From Stegostoma tigrinum (Eukaryota), in the NCBI RefSeq assembly GCF_030684315.1, contig NC_081360.1, positions 27,635,818 through 27,699,817 on the forward strand: 64,000 nucleotides of DNA. Reading direction: 5' to 3'. The notes under the pieces were generated by a model. It was not told where the DNA came from. It saw nothing but the letters and a program-made list of their open reading frames with translations, and did not search any database. The translations under genes were made by a program, and so were the position numbers. Shown here one piece after another: positions 51,311 through 64,000 of this stretch (the stretch's first letter is position 1; each line of letters starts with the position of its first letter).

Positions 51311-52717
51311 AACATATATTCCTTATTTCATAAAAAATTCCTGCAATATGTACTCTCTGAATCGTTCTATTTGTTTGAGAAAGAATATTACCAAAACATT
51401 CCACACTTTTAAGCTGGGCCATTAGAATCTCCTTCCTCTCTGACACAGGGATGGCTCTCTCCCATGAGGGTAGATCTCGTAGGTCAGGGAGGATCCTCTC
51501 CTGGGTCTTCTTGGGTTGCCACATAGTCTTCTGGCACAGGTCTTGCTGTGGGTCTTCGCTGAGGTGGTGGCTTTCAGGTTGTGTATTTTTATTTCCCTCA
51601 CCCAGGACATTCCAGAATGTTCCATCACCTTTGGCAAATAGTGTCATGAGCAGGGTTCAAAACATCCAACGAGGTCATGCTTTTGCCATGCCAGTGAGGT
51701 GTGAATGTCCTCAAGCACTGGTTGGAAGTCCAGGTTTCCAAAATTCTGCTCAATAACTCTCCAGTACACACCCATCAGGCGATTCTCACTGGGTCCCCCT
51801 GAACCTTTTTGACCACTTTGACCTTGGTTTCCATTGTTCCCTGTAGCTGACTGATAGGTGCTAGCTACTGTTTAACTTAGTTTGGCCAAATTTCTGTCAG
51901 GCGTGATTTCTCTGACTGAGGGTCAATTTTGAATCTCCAACTCTGGGCCCACGGTTGCTTGAGCACAAAAGTCTGTGCAGCAAGCTGATCAGATGGCATG
52001 TGGCATTGTAGTATTTATTTCAAGCCTGTTTGAGTACATGACCAAAGAAAGGTGCTCTCATATAAATTCACAAAATTCTTTAAGGGATAGTCAGCAGAAA
52101 TAATGTTTCTTCTGACTGCAGCTGTCTAGAACCAAGGCACAGAGCCTCGGCAGAAAAGACAAACTATTTAGGATTGAGATGAGGAAAACATTTTAATGCA
52201 AGAATCATGAATTTTTGGAATTCACTACCCTAGAGGGCTGTGGACGCTCAGTCTTCATGGAAGTTCAAGACAGAAACTGATAGATGTCTAGTTAGTAATA
52301 ACATGAAGGGGCACAGAGATGACAATGGGAGAATTTCACATCCAGATAGGTGTTAAGCCATGATCTTTTTAGTCAGAGCAATCTGAGGGATCGAATGGTC
52401 TATTGATGCTCCTTTGATCCCTGTTCGTGTAAAAAAGTATTATTTCCAAATCAAAGATCATGGACTATGGTGTTGTCATGGTTCTTTCCTATTGTGAAGG
52501 AAAATATTGGATTTATGTGAGCAACTACTCAATCAAACATTCTTCAAGGCTAAATAGAGCATAAAATATTCTATTTTAATGTAATCACAATGATGTAATT
52601 ATTGTGGTAAATAATTCTATGAGAATAAACAAATGAAAAAGATGAAATTGCAAAGAAAGATTTTTATTCTGCTCACTAATATTTCAGCAAAGCAATATTA
52701 TTTTTCTCAGCAGCAAT

Positions 52718-55700
52718 TTAGAAGTCCCTCATGCGCCTGAATGATCCAACAGTTGAACAGGTCGCTCCCCAGTCAGTGTATCTCCTGTATTCACCGGGTC
52801 TCATGAAGTACTGTCGTCCTCTGTAGCTGGGATGTTCATAGAAGATCCAGTAACCGTCCATCACATGGCAGGAGTGGATGTCACGGTAACGGAAACGATC
52901 GTAGACAGATGGACAGTCGTCCATGAATTCCATCATCTGTCCTCCGAAGTCAGGCCTCTCGTAAATCTTCATTCTGTAGGAATCGCCCCTGTACTGTCAA
53001 AGTAGACATGGCATATTTAGGAAAACAGATTGCTGAAGCCAACACATGGCTGCAATAAAAACAGACATTAGGTTAGGATTTCAATTTTTAAAGGAAAGTA
53101 TAAACAACCTCTTAAAGTTTTTGGAATATTTAATCAAATTACGATATTCTAGCTTTCATTCTTTATTTATCCTTAGAATGAGGGGATGATCACTAGGGCG
53201 TCATTTAATACCCAACACTAATTATCTATGGGAAGGTATTGCTGAATCATTTTCTTAAATACAATCAAGTATCTTTGTGCTATAGTTCATAGCAGCAGTT
53301 AAGAAACAATCATATTGTTAGGCCCCTGAAGTTATTATGAACAAGATACTAGTTGTGGTGTATTCTGACAATAGATCAGAGCCCTGAAGTAATTGCATTT
53401 TTTTTACTTTTTAAGTTCAAAAGTGTATTGTTTTTAAGGGTTGGGTGGCGTGGCCATGCCAAATTGCCCATCATGTCCAGGGATGTGCTCACTGGGTGGG
53501 TTAGCATGGGGAAATGCAGAGTTATACAGATAGTGTAGGGGTTAGGTCTGGGTGGGATGTTCTTTGGAGGGTTGGTGTGGACTCGACGAGCCGAGGGGCC
53601 TGCTTCCATGCTGTAGGGATTCTATGATTCTGTGTTTCTAAGGCTACTACAGAGAAACTGCACATACGTATTCAGTGATTGTTTGGGAAAGTTCCATGTG
53701 AAGTCAATGGAGAATTGCAAGTGTGAATTATCAAGGAATTTTAAACAGAGAAAGCTTTAACAAAAAGACATAATGAGGGACCTTACTACTTCTCCCCTCT
53801 CAGTAGAGAGCCACCTCTTGCTGACATGTTTAGTTTACCTTCCAGGAATATACAAGGAGAGGACTAAAAAGCCAGTTCCAAACCTCCTGAAGTGGACTGG
53901 TTGAACTGAGCAATCTCATGTGTACCATTCTGGGATTGTGCATTAGCATGCTGAGAAGGTCACTGTGGAACAACTATCTCATAATTATTTCTGTGTTACA
54001 GATAAAGGAGAACCCTCTCCTATTCTGAATGTTGCAAACCAGTTATAAAAAGAATCAGGAAAGAGACCTTCTATCAGCTTACAGAACCAAGATTCTCAAA
54101 ATAGTCTGGTCAATTGCCAATTTCTGCTTTACCGGTAATCTCCACTACAATGATCATTATGTTCAACTTTCCACTCCTCATGAGCAATTCAGGGTCTGTT
54201 CTGCATATACATGGTTTTTAATACTTATCTTTTCAGACTCATTTTTATTTCCATTCTGCGTGTTGTGTTGTTAATTATCTTTACATTTCATAATTTATAA
54301 ATCCAGTCTTTGCAAATTCAGGAAACGCTGGTTAAATTGGTTCTATTTGAGACATAAGAGCAATGGCAAAAAGGCATGGATCCAACTAAGAAGTGGATGA
54401 ATACAGGAAAAAGAGCTGGCCATCTGTCCTTGCTTGGGAGCTTAACTGTTAGGAATTCCTCATGTGGAACCTAATGAATTGGGGAACTTTGCCCAGGGTC
54501 TGGTTGTAACAAACAAACTTGGGAGATTATTTTAGGTGGTTGGAAGGGGCTGAATTTTCTTAGCAGCTGTAACAAAATGATAGTTTTGGGCAAGATTTCA
54601 GTGAATTCCCTCAGGAAACTGGTACCTGTACTTGTGTTCGATCATCCTCTTCTCTTTGGCATTAAAGGAGAATCGCAACAGTACTTTCTATATATAACAA
54701 TTCAGATTATCTATGTGTTTTATATTTGTGTGCAGTTAACATTATTATTGGCGGTCTTCATGGGTGAGATATAAGATTTAAATCAATGTTTATCTTAATT
54801 TCATCTCTCAACTCTAATGCTCACATATCTGAAGTTCTAATTCAAGACAATCTACCGGGGTTAAACAGCAGCAGGAAATTTCCTTTGGAGAACTCTAATA
54901 TTGCAAAATTTGAACAGATCAAGCCAAACTATGAAATGTCAGCATAAATAGAATAGTTGTTTGCCTTCTGTCGACCATCCTGCCCACAAAGTCATAGATA
55001 GGACACCATGGGTTCAGCCATCCACATACAGTAATTCATTACTCCACTACATCATTTCCACCACTACTAGTGGCAGGGATAAATCATAAAAATGACAATT
55101 AAACATTTTCTGTGACTATTAATCCTGTAAATGGATACTGACATATTATTCATAGGTTGCCTCACATCTATTATTCAGTGTGCTGAGCTATTCTCATTTC
55201 TTACACATAATTGTAAAATTCAGCAGCAATATAAAGCTAACTTTTGATCATGAGTGCGAATTCTTTGGAGACAACATTGTCAGTAGTCTGTTCAATAAAT
55301 GATTAATATATATTAATTGAAAAACCATGAAAGAGTTCTATTAGAAGAGTCTTGAAAGATAGCTAGTGACAAAAACGGGTTAATGCTATTACAATATAAG
55401 CTCTACAAGAAAATAATTTATATCTGGTAGGGCTGTAAAAATGATAAAACTTACACATGGGTAATTACGACATGACCTGACACAGTCATTGAATCCCATC
55501 CAGCGCTGGTAGTCAGGATAGTCTCCCCTGGTCAGAACATACTGGTATCCCATGTAATTGGGTTTCTCATACAGCACCCACCAGTCACTGTCAACACGGA
55601 TGGAGTTACAGCGGCTGAAGTAAGGGGACAGGTCGGCACAGTCACTGCTGCACTCATAGTGCCGACCCTGGAAGTTCCTGTCCTCGTAGAAGATGATCTG

Positions 55701-55801
55701 AAGGTAAGAAAAAAAATCACGTAAACAAAATTTGGAACAGTTTTGAGTTAGAGTAGTTCACATTAGATGCAAAATGCAGTGGACAGCTCAACCTTTCCCA
55801 T
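52718..55801 (-). CDS. cryg: Gamma-crystallin (gene 6), 175 aa
   Basis: Exons 55801-55793, 55697-55455 (..[32 protein letters not shown]) and 52993-52718 ([28 protein letters not shown]). Intron 1 donor is GTTGAG; AATAAA at 52668-52663. Confidence 0.93.
53437..53640 (+). mobile_element. HE1-like shark SINE, 3' part
   Basis: ggccatgccaaattgccc..gggtctgggtgggatg.tctt.ggagggt.ggtgtggactcga..gccga..ggcctg.ttcca..ctgtagggattctatgattct; recognised from memory of elasmobranch SINE consensus. Confidence 0.7.
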
Positions 55802-55858
55802 TTTGACTTCACAGTTGGATTCAGCCGACTGGATATGTTATTGCATTGTGCAGTTTGG

Positions 55859-55935
55859 TATTTATACTCTATACTGAAATGCCATGAGAAAGAACACTTT
55901 TGTTATGAGAATGAGACAACTGTTTCTCAGCAAAA
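55859..55935 (-). promoter_or_regulatory. Gene 6 proximal promoter (TATA, Sox-type site, Maf half-site)
   Basis: TATAAATA 55866-55859; AACAAAAG 55904-55897; TTTTGCTGAG with TGCTGA starting at 55932. Confidence 0.65.
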
Positions 55936-58399
55936 TAGAGCAAAGGCATGTGATATACGTTGCAGAGAAACACCGGCATTCATATAACAAATGTGCCATT
56001 CACTCTTTTCATTTTGCCTGCATTCACTTTTATTGTTCTATGACAAAAAGAAAATTAGAGGATGAGATTCCACAGAGCTTTTAAGCTGGTGTCATCCAAA
56101 ACGCACAAGTTCACTTAGCAATTTTGCTGAGTCTCATGAAAGTATTTCAGTGTTCTTTTTTATAATTAAACACATAATCTTAACAGCTCAGTTTAAAATC
56201 TGTTGCAGTACTTTTACCATAGGCTTATGTACCAGATATAGCTTACAAAAATGAATTCAAGTTTTCATTACAATCTAGAACATTAGCAAATGGTTGGTAA
56301 TGAAATAATTGCTGATAGAATAGCTTTCTGTTAGTGATATTTTTATCATCTCAATAGCTGTGAAAATGATTTTCATATCTTTCTAATTCAAAAGTTGCTT
56401 AATTACAGAAAACAATATTTAACTGATCAGCTAAAAAGAGCTCAAATGCCTAGGGCTTTCGAAGAATAACCCGAAGTCTAAATTTCTGATAATTATTAAA
56501 GTTAATTTTTTTAAAAAGTATAAAAATTTATCAACATAGTATGAATTTCAATTAGATCAATGAGATTGGAAATGTATTAGTGTTTTTGGCTAAATACTAT
56601 ATCCATCATATCATTAGTAAAATAACAAAAACACATTTGAGAATCAAAAGGCAAAATGATCTGTTCTTGGGCTGTGAGCATGCGGGAGCATCATTTCTAG
56701 ATCCTGGCCCCATGCTACTTGTGAGGGCACCCACTTGAGAGATCTTCACTGAGGTGATCAATTAAGAAATCACATTTGAATCCATGATCCAATTAGACAC
56801 TGTTGTATCAGATAGAGCTAGTTCCCAATTATAATGATTTTACACCAGATTCTGATATCAGTGAGGTAGCAAATTAACCCACTTAGAAATTTCAGGGCAG
56901 CAGGGCCCTCATGTTAGTTAATCATTCACTGTTTCAGAGAATGTAGATCAAAATGTGGTTGCGTTGTTTCTTTAAAAGATTGATGGAGGAACAACAATTA
57001 TGGAGTATGTAACAGAAATCGCAGTCCTAAAGACTGACAGTGCTTAGTGCGCACTGAAACAAAAGCTATTTTATTTTCACTCAGAGACGAATCAATGGGT
57101 GAATTTTATGTTTGGGTCAGTGGATATCCACTAGTTATAACTACCTCTGAAAATGGTTCAGTGATCCAATACAGGACCAATATATTTCTTGAAGTTAACT
57201 AACCACAATCTTTGTTGTAAATGGCTGTAAATGCCGGCCTTATCAGCTTTGCCTGCAACTTTCTTGTTGAAATGCAGCCATTGATCCCTGTCTTGCTGCT
57301 TTGGTTAGATGTTAGAGGACTGCTTTCTGACCTTCAGGTTGGAAAGACCCATTGCTGAAAATTCTCCTCCTCTTTCTCCCTCCTTGAGCAGCTTGTCTAC
57401 TTTACCAATTCTGTTGCATCTCCAGTCAATATTTGTAACCAGGAGAAAATGTAACGACAGCCTTTATAACTGGAAGTAGGCGTTTTGTTCAGAGCCTTTG
57501 CAAAAACATTATCCTGCTTTGAAACATCCATACCCACTGCATGAAAGTAAAAACTTCTCTCAATTTCTGCAAAAATATTGTACTTCCACTGATTCTGCAA
57601 AAAACACTTGTGAGATGATGATGTCCCTTTTGGCATAAGGTGAAACAGAAAATACCTCAGCCTGGAGTTATGCCCATTTTATCTGTTACCAATTAGGGGA
57701 ATTTGAACAGAAGCCTGCCATATCATTGCACAGATATTGGAAAGATACAGAAATAATTTAAGGCTCGAAAACGTCTTTGCTAATGAGATCCACTCATTGT
57801 CAATGATAACATAAATTAACTGAGGTTTTCCACATTCATATTTCCATTTAATTATTTAGGTATTGGAGATGGTCAGAATCAGTGGCTTTACAGCTGAGGT
57901 AATTCTACTGCAAAGTGAGAACCGTTTCAATCATTTAAAATCTTCCCTCAGCTTCCTTTTGGAAAAGTCACACCAAATATTAATTTGTTCACTCAGCAGA
58001 AACATACAGGGGCTTGAGTGATGTGAGCTAAGGTGGGATTTGTGGAGAATTGCATGAACAGTCCAGTGAGATCTATCTTGGCATTGTGAACAACTTATTA
58101 TATCTTTAATGCATTTCCTGAGTGGTGAGGTGAGTTTCTCATTTGGTAGCTGTGAGTTGCCACTCAAGGGGAATTACAGTTTATTAAATGCCTTTGGGCT
58201 GAATCTTATGCTTTTCTTGGCTAAGTGCCAGTTGTGTCAAGTTTATTGGAGATGTTTTCACCCAGAGATCAAACAAATTTTATTGCTGAAACTGACCAAA
58301 TGGGACTCATTTACAGCCTTTCCTGCCCATATGGTGTTCCTCGTGCTCTATTCCAGCTGAATTTTATTATGTGCCATTCCCAGAAGAGCCTCACTGCTG

Positions 58400-59450
58400 G
58401 GATATCTTAGATTAACAAGTATCCTTGGCAACCATGCCATGTTTAAAAGGTCACTGTGCACTTGGACAAACACTGTGAGTCCAGAACGATCCTGAATGGT
58501 TTTTGCTATTTGCCGTGATATGGCAGACAAGGGTAATTTGACATTCTGCTTTGAAGAGACGGAGCAGTTGGTCCTGTAAGACAGGGTGGACATTGATAGG
58601 CTATTCTCTTTTCCCAGGACCAGCAGCGGAGGTGGGCACACTAGACTGATCTGAGATTGCCACCTGGGTCACTAAAATCTCAGCCATGTGGGGGAATGCA
58701 CAGAACTATAGGGAAAGGGCAATGATCTTCTCTACTCTGCTACGGTAAATGCCACCATGTTATCACTGATATACCACGCTCACTCCATCTCTGCCCCAGT
58801 ACCCACCTCCCAACAAGGTTTATACTCTACCCCTCTCACTGTTCCATGCAACAACTTCACTCTCACTTCCACCCACCCTAATTCCTGCCATTGCTAACCC
58901 AGCAGGCACTTTGTGCTGCCTACTCACTCACATGAGACACCTCCCTACTTACACTAAAAATAACAGTTGTTCCATCCACAATCAGTTTCTTCTCTCTTAT
59001 TCCAGGAGAAAATTAGCCTACAATAGGGCAGAAATAGCCCATAGTGTGCTCGACATTTGGCTTGTCACCCCTTACAAGGAGAGAGTGCTGACTCTGACCA
59101 CCCCAAGTATGAGGGGATCAGAGATGATTCATGACGGTTTGTAAAGGGCTGTTGTTCATGAGATAGCAATGACTGCAGATATGCATATGGAGAGCCTGTG
59201 GCTGGTACCCATGAAGCATGCACTGCAAAGTTGGTTTCCATGAAGGACTTTCAGAGCCAGCCAGGGGTGGTGAGCACTGAAGTCACCAGGTAATACATCG
59301 ATCATTCCCGATATCTAGCTTGTTTAGCGTATCTTGGAAGGCAGGAATTGGATTATTAATGAGGTGAGTTGCATGGTTAATGACACACTTATCAAACAAT
59401 AATCCTCTTCAACTGGCAATTCACCACTGCCTAACTAAAATCTCTCCTCC
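58400..59450 (+). mobile_element. PIF/Harbinger-like remnant, two-exon Myb/SANT-like gene relic
   Basis: Broken reading MADKG..EIATWV..NAQ..NDLLYSAT followed by gtaaat, then an acceptor near 59005 and KLAYNRAEIAHS..LVTPYKERVL. Confidence 0.55.
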
Positions 59451-60590
59451 TTGCCCAGCAGAAATATAAAAGGTATGGCGAGGTGCTCTCAATGCTGCGA
59501 TACAGCTCTCCAGACTTCTCGTCTGATTCTCCATGACTCTCAGTGTAGGCCCCTTGTTCAGACCCCTATAAAATTCCACCCCTGAGGAACACTGAAAATC
59601 ACCACATTAATATTCAGTTTCCTACCACAGCAAATAAACTAGACACTAAGAACTCTCAACATGCTAAGTGATGACTTCAGCTCACTGCCGGTTATGAGAA
59701 GCCTCCATGTTGCTCATAACTTAATACAACTCAGGTCAGGAACCAACACATGCACCCCTCGTCTATGGACAATAGCATCCAACATCTTCCAGCTCCTCAC
59801 AAACATCATTACACTGCTCCAATATAGTTGCAGCATACTTATTGCAGGCCTGTATTGCAGGGTGCACCGACAACTGACATTGAAAGGCTGCAGCTGCAAG
59901 GACACATTGTGCGCAGGGACAGGTTCCCAACTCTCAGACTGGAGCAGACAGCATCTTAGGGCTGATCATCTGGCCAAGTGGCCATGTTGAAAAATGGGGG
60001 GGCCCAGTCAAAGAGTGAACCACAATGTGCCGGTGGGCCACAAAACAGCTGCCACCTGTAGAGTCCACACACAGCCCAGGAGTGTGGCCATGATCAGTCA
60101 TTCATTTTGGGCACTGACAGTCAGAGGTTCTACCTGGCAGTTCTCTGCGGAATGGACTATGGTCAGTTCAATAGGCTCCCATCAGTTGTCAGAGGAAGAA
60201 TGCTGGAAGGCTCTCCTTGTCTATGATAGAGGTCAGCTGTGTTGCACATGACACACCAGACAGAACCTTATTGAGCTAACCTAATGGGATGAATTGCCTA
60301 CTCCAGTTCCTACTTTTCAATAGCTTTTCCTCAGTTTTATATCAGGCCTATGTTGTTATAATGCAATTGCTGAAAATATTGTCTGAAATACATTTAAAAT
60401 CATAATTGTCCGAACAGCTTTCAAACCAGACTATAGGAGGTACGTTGGATTTTATTCTTAGTTTCTCCCTAAGTCCCAAAACCACTGCACCAGACTACAT
60501 GAAAAATGAGGAGCAAACAAACTGAAAAAAAATCAATGACACATCATTGTCTTTCAAGTGCATATTTGTAATTCATGCGGTTTGCTTATT

Positions 60591-60671
60591 TTATTGCTGA
60601 TTTTTCCTCCTGAATCATTAGAATAACAAAAAGTACAGTCCATTGCAGCATTTCTGTTCAGCTTATAAATA
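60591..60671 (+). promoter_or_regulatory. Gene 7 proximal promoter (Maf half-site, Sox-type site, TATA)
   Basis: TTATTGCTGA with TGCTGA at 60595; AACAAAAAG at ~60624-60632; TATAAATA at 60664-60671. Confidence 0.7.
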
Positions 60672-60726
60672 CCAAGCTGTGGGAGACATTGAGACATTCA
60701 GTTACGAAGCTAACTGTGAGCTCAAA

Positions 60727-62868
60727 ATGGGAAAGGCAAGATGACCATTTTTTTTGTATTGTATAGACATGCATTTCAATTTTATATCATGCATTAAATA
60801 TCTCCATTTTCTAAATTAATAACTGCAAGTGATGTTTATTTGCACAGATCATCTTTTACGAGGACAGGAACTTCCAGGGTCCGCACTATGAGTGCAGCAG
60901 TGACTGTGCCAACCTGACCCCTTACTTCAGCCGCTGTAACTCCATCCGTGTTGAGAGTGACTGGTGGGTGTTGTATGAGAGGCCCAATTACATGGGATAC
61001 CAGTATGTTCTGACCCGGGGAGAATATCCTGACTACCAGCGCTGGATGGGATTCAATGACTGTATCAAGTCATGTCGCTCCTACCCACAGGTAAATTATA
61101 AGTCTGTGATTGTTGAATCTTGTGCCAATAATATGTGAAAAATTGCCCACAACCTCAAGAACAAAGCATGTTTGTGTTCTCTTCACTAGGTTCTATCACT
61201 GAACCTATACAAAATTAATAATTGGGTCATTTACATAATCAGCACTAATAATTCACAAGGTATTAAGCATTACAGTTAGCTGTAGGGACTGTGGGTAACT
61301 TCAAATGAATAGAAAACCTTCCTGTCATTTCTACTAGCATAGTTGCTGTGACTAGTTGTCTTTACTGTTGCAGTAGTGAAGATATACAGGTAGGTTTTCT
61401 GGAGTACTGCCCAGATGAAAGAAAGATATGTCTTCACCATTATCTCAATGGCAGTTAGGGATTGGCAATAGCTGCTGGCCTTGCCAACAAGTTCACATCT
61501 CCTGCCTGCATAAGAATTCATTCACGTAATGTGGAAAGAGACCGACATGAGTACCTGTGCCTGAACCTCTGCTTGAAGGTGAAAGGACGGTCAGCAAGTA
61601 GACATTTTAAGGCTTCAAGATGGCACTTCAACCAATACACTTCAGCAAGGGGAAGACATCCTCTAGGCAACCAATGATGTATAAGTTGTGAATTTTTAAA
61701 ATCTGGTCATGTAGTGTGTTCAATGGAAAAAATTCAGGACATTAACCCAGAAACTCATTGCCTTGCAGATTTTCATGTCTTCCGTCTTTACCTGTTAGAA
61801 CTCGATTCACCATTGTAATGAGGCTGTAGAAACTGAAAAGCTATTTGCAGAGTCTGTTTTAATATCCAGCTGCTTGGAGTGATGGATGGGAGGAGTGTTT
61901 GAAGGAATCTGAATGGAGGGGGGCAGTCTTTGAACTTCACTCTCACTGGAGTTGATCCACACCTTAGGGAACGTGATGGACCAGTGGCCTACTAATCCAG
62001 TGAACCCATGCATGGTCTGAGATCTGTGTTCAAATCTCACAATGGAAGATGGTGAATTGAATTCATTATTTTTAAAACATCTGGAATTAAGAACCCGATG
62101 ATGACCATCAATACATAAGGAAGGGAAACTGCCATCTTTACCCAGTGTGGCCTATATGTGATATCAGACCCACAGCAATGTGGTTGATTCTTAACTGTCC
62201 CCTGGGCAATTAGGGATGTGCAATCAATGCTGCCGTGCCAGTGGTGTCCTCATCCTGCAAATAAACTTTTAAAAAAGCCATCAGTCAGTCCCAGTAATAA
62301 AAATAACAGCATTGCTCAGTTCAGCATCTAATCTCAATTAATTAGATTCAAATTTGTGCACAACTTTACCAATTACAGTCCAATGATAATACAGTTATTG
62401 GTGGTATTTATGTTAAAATGGAACTGTTGAATCAGGCACTGCTACTTATTTTTCCATTTATTCTTATTTTAATATAAAAACTGAGTGATCAATTATTTAA
62501 TGTCAAATTCCTTCCTTTTCCATAACTAAATATATAGACACTGACTATATCCTTACAGCTGCATTACTAATATGATCTCATTACTATTGCAGTACCGAGG
62601 AGGGTCCTACAGAATGAGGATTTACGAGAGGCCGGACTTTGGAGGGCAGATGATGGAATTCATGGAAGACTGTCCATCTGTCTACGATCGTTTCCGTTAC
62701 CGTGACATCCACTCCTGCCACGTGATGGACGGTTACTGGATCTTCTATGAACATCCCAGCTACAGGGGGCGGCAGTACTTCATGAGACCCGGTGAATACA
62801 GGAGATACACAGACTGGGGAGGCTACAGCTCAACTGTCGGATCTTTCAGGCGCATGAGAGATTTCTAA
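60727..62868 (+). CDS. cryg: Gamma-crystallin (gene 7), 175 aa, GC-AG intron 1
   Basis: Exons 60727-60735 (ATG GGA AAG then GCAAGA), 60848-61090 ([43 protein letters not shown]) and 62593-62868. AATAAA at 62884 and 62981. Confidence 0.88.
62005..62270 (+). mobile_element. tRNA-derived SINE with LINE-type tail
   Basis: B-box-like gttcaaatc, body agacccacagcaatgtggttga, tail ggcaattagggatg.gcaat.aatgctg..gccag. Isolated tail remnants also at ~11340, ~37040 and ~61450. Confidence 0.65.
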
Positions 62869-64000
62869 ATTGTTACTGAAAAGAATAAAATTGTTACGCT
62901 GAAATATTCTGAAATATATTAAAATACATTTTTCTTGATGCATTTTGATGTCTTTGTTCATTTTCACATCTCTTGGAAAAAATAAATTATATTTCAGATA
63001 TAGAGTGTGTCTCATACACAATATTTTAGACGGAGATAATGATATAATGAATATCATTAAATTAAACAATGATAAAACTTACGTTCATTGGATAGGTAGT
63101 CACACATCAGCTGAGCTTCTTCATAATGAATAATGGAAAACAGCGACTTTCAATTTTCGACAGAAAATTGCGGTGATTCAATAGTTATTCACAGTCCAAA
63201 GATCCACATGGCATATTATATTGATTTTAATAAATAGAAAATTACAATTACTATAGGTCAGACTGGTATCCAAATTTGCTGTTCAACTCTTTAGCTTCCC
63301 CCATTTTGTTTTTGATCATGATAAAATGAGTTGATGATCCTTCTATATCTTGTCCTGCCAGTCAACCATTCTTGTTTCAATCCCACTGCATTTACATCTT
63401 TCAAGCCACAGCCTTCCACCAAAATTTTGAACTTCCTCTTCTTCTTATTGCTTGCAGGCCTATCTTCATCACTTGCCTGATGTCTTCTCCTTCCACAACC
63501 GATGACCACAAAATCTCATTCTCGTCTCAGCTTTTTGTTTGATGCTGTCACAATATTCACTGTCTTTCTACTGTATTGGTTTCTGATCTTATCATTCTTT
63601 GTCAGTCTTCACATCCATCTTCATTTTTCCCTCTTATTACATTGTTCCTTTCTCTTTGATGTTTTACAACATATATGAAGCTGGTCTCACATCATTTTCT
63701 AATTATTCCTTTTAGCTTTTGCAGTAGTTTTCTACTGTATCAGTCTCCACCGCACTTTGTTGAACTACTGCATCCAATAACCTAATCTATTGCTTATTTC
63801 CATTCCCATTCTTTTATCCATTGTCGCCACTGATGCCAGAAACTTGAAGCCAAATTTGGTTTCAATCTCTGAGCAAAATATCTGTATCGCACCAAGTATG
63901 GATTTTATGAATAATTATTGATTTCAAAGCACCTTTGTGAGAATTTACATTTGTCTTGATACTGAATCTCAATTCTCTGCTTCCTTTTTTGACAGATTAG

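Noticed and set aside
62881-64000. Further gene or exon downstream of gene 7
   Set aside because: Only AT-rich sequence and short ORFs without recognisable motifs; nothing supportable.

Overview
Vertebrate genomic DNA, almost certainly from a cartilaginous fish (shark-type CR1/HER1 LINE, HE1-like SINE and Penelope repeats; the taxon is an inference). The window holds a tandem cluster of seven three-exon gamma-crystallin genes, with coding exons of 9, 243 and 276 bp giving 175 aa. Six genes are on the minus strand and the seventh is divergently oriented on the plus strand. Six have intact reading frames, and one of these (gene 7) needs a GC-AG first intron. Gene 5 is a probable pseudogene, with a 1-bp frameshift and a mutated TATA box. 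Genes 1-3 lie in a recent ~8.6-kb tandem triplication with a readable junction. Genes 4-6 are linked by older duplicated intergenic blocks. The exons show patchwork variant sharing typical of gene conversion. Intergenic and intronic DNA is mostly decayed CR1 LINEs, Penelope-like elements, Harbinger Myb/SANT remnants and SINEs. The most unusual non-coding signals are: (1) a family of very short, often fold-back, Penelope-terminus-derived inserts with a hammerhead-ribozyme-like core (CTGATGAAGGGTCTAGGCCCGAAACGTC) and 13-15-bp target duplications; (2) two different such inserts at the same site in paralogous LINE copies; (3) a 401-bp near-perfect local inverted duplication bracketed by a 17-bp direct repeat. 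Repeat boundaries are approximate, all comparisons were made by eye, and no database search was run.
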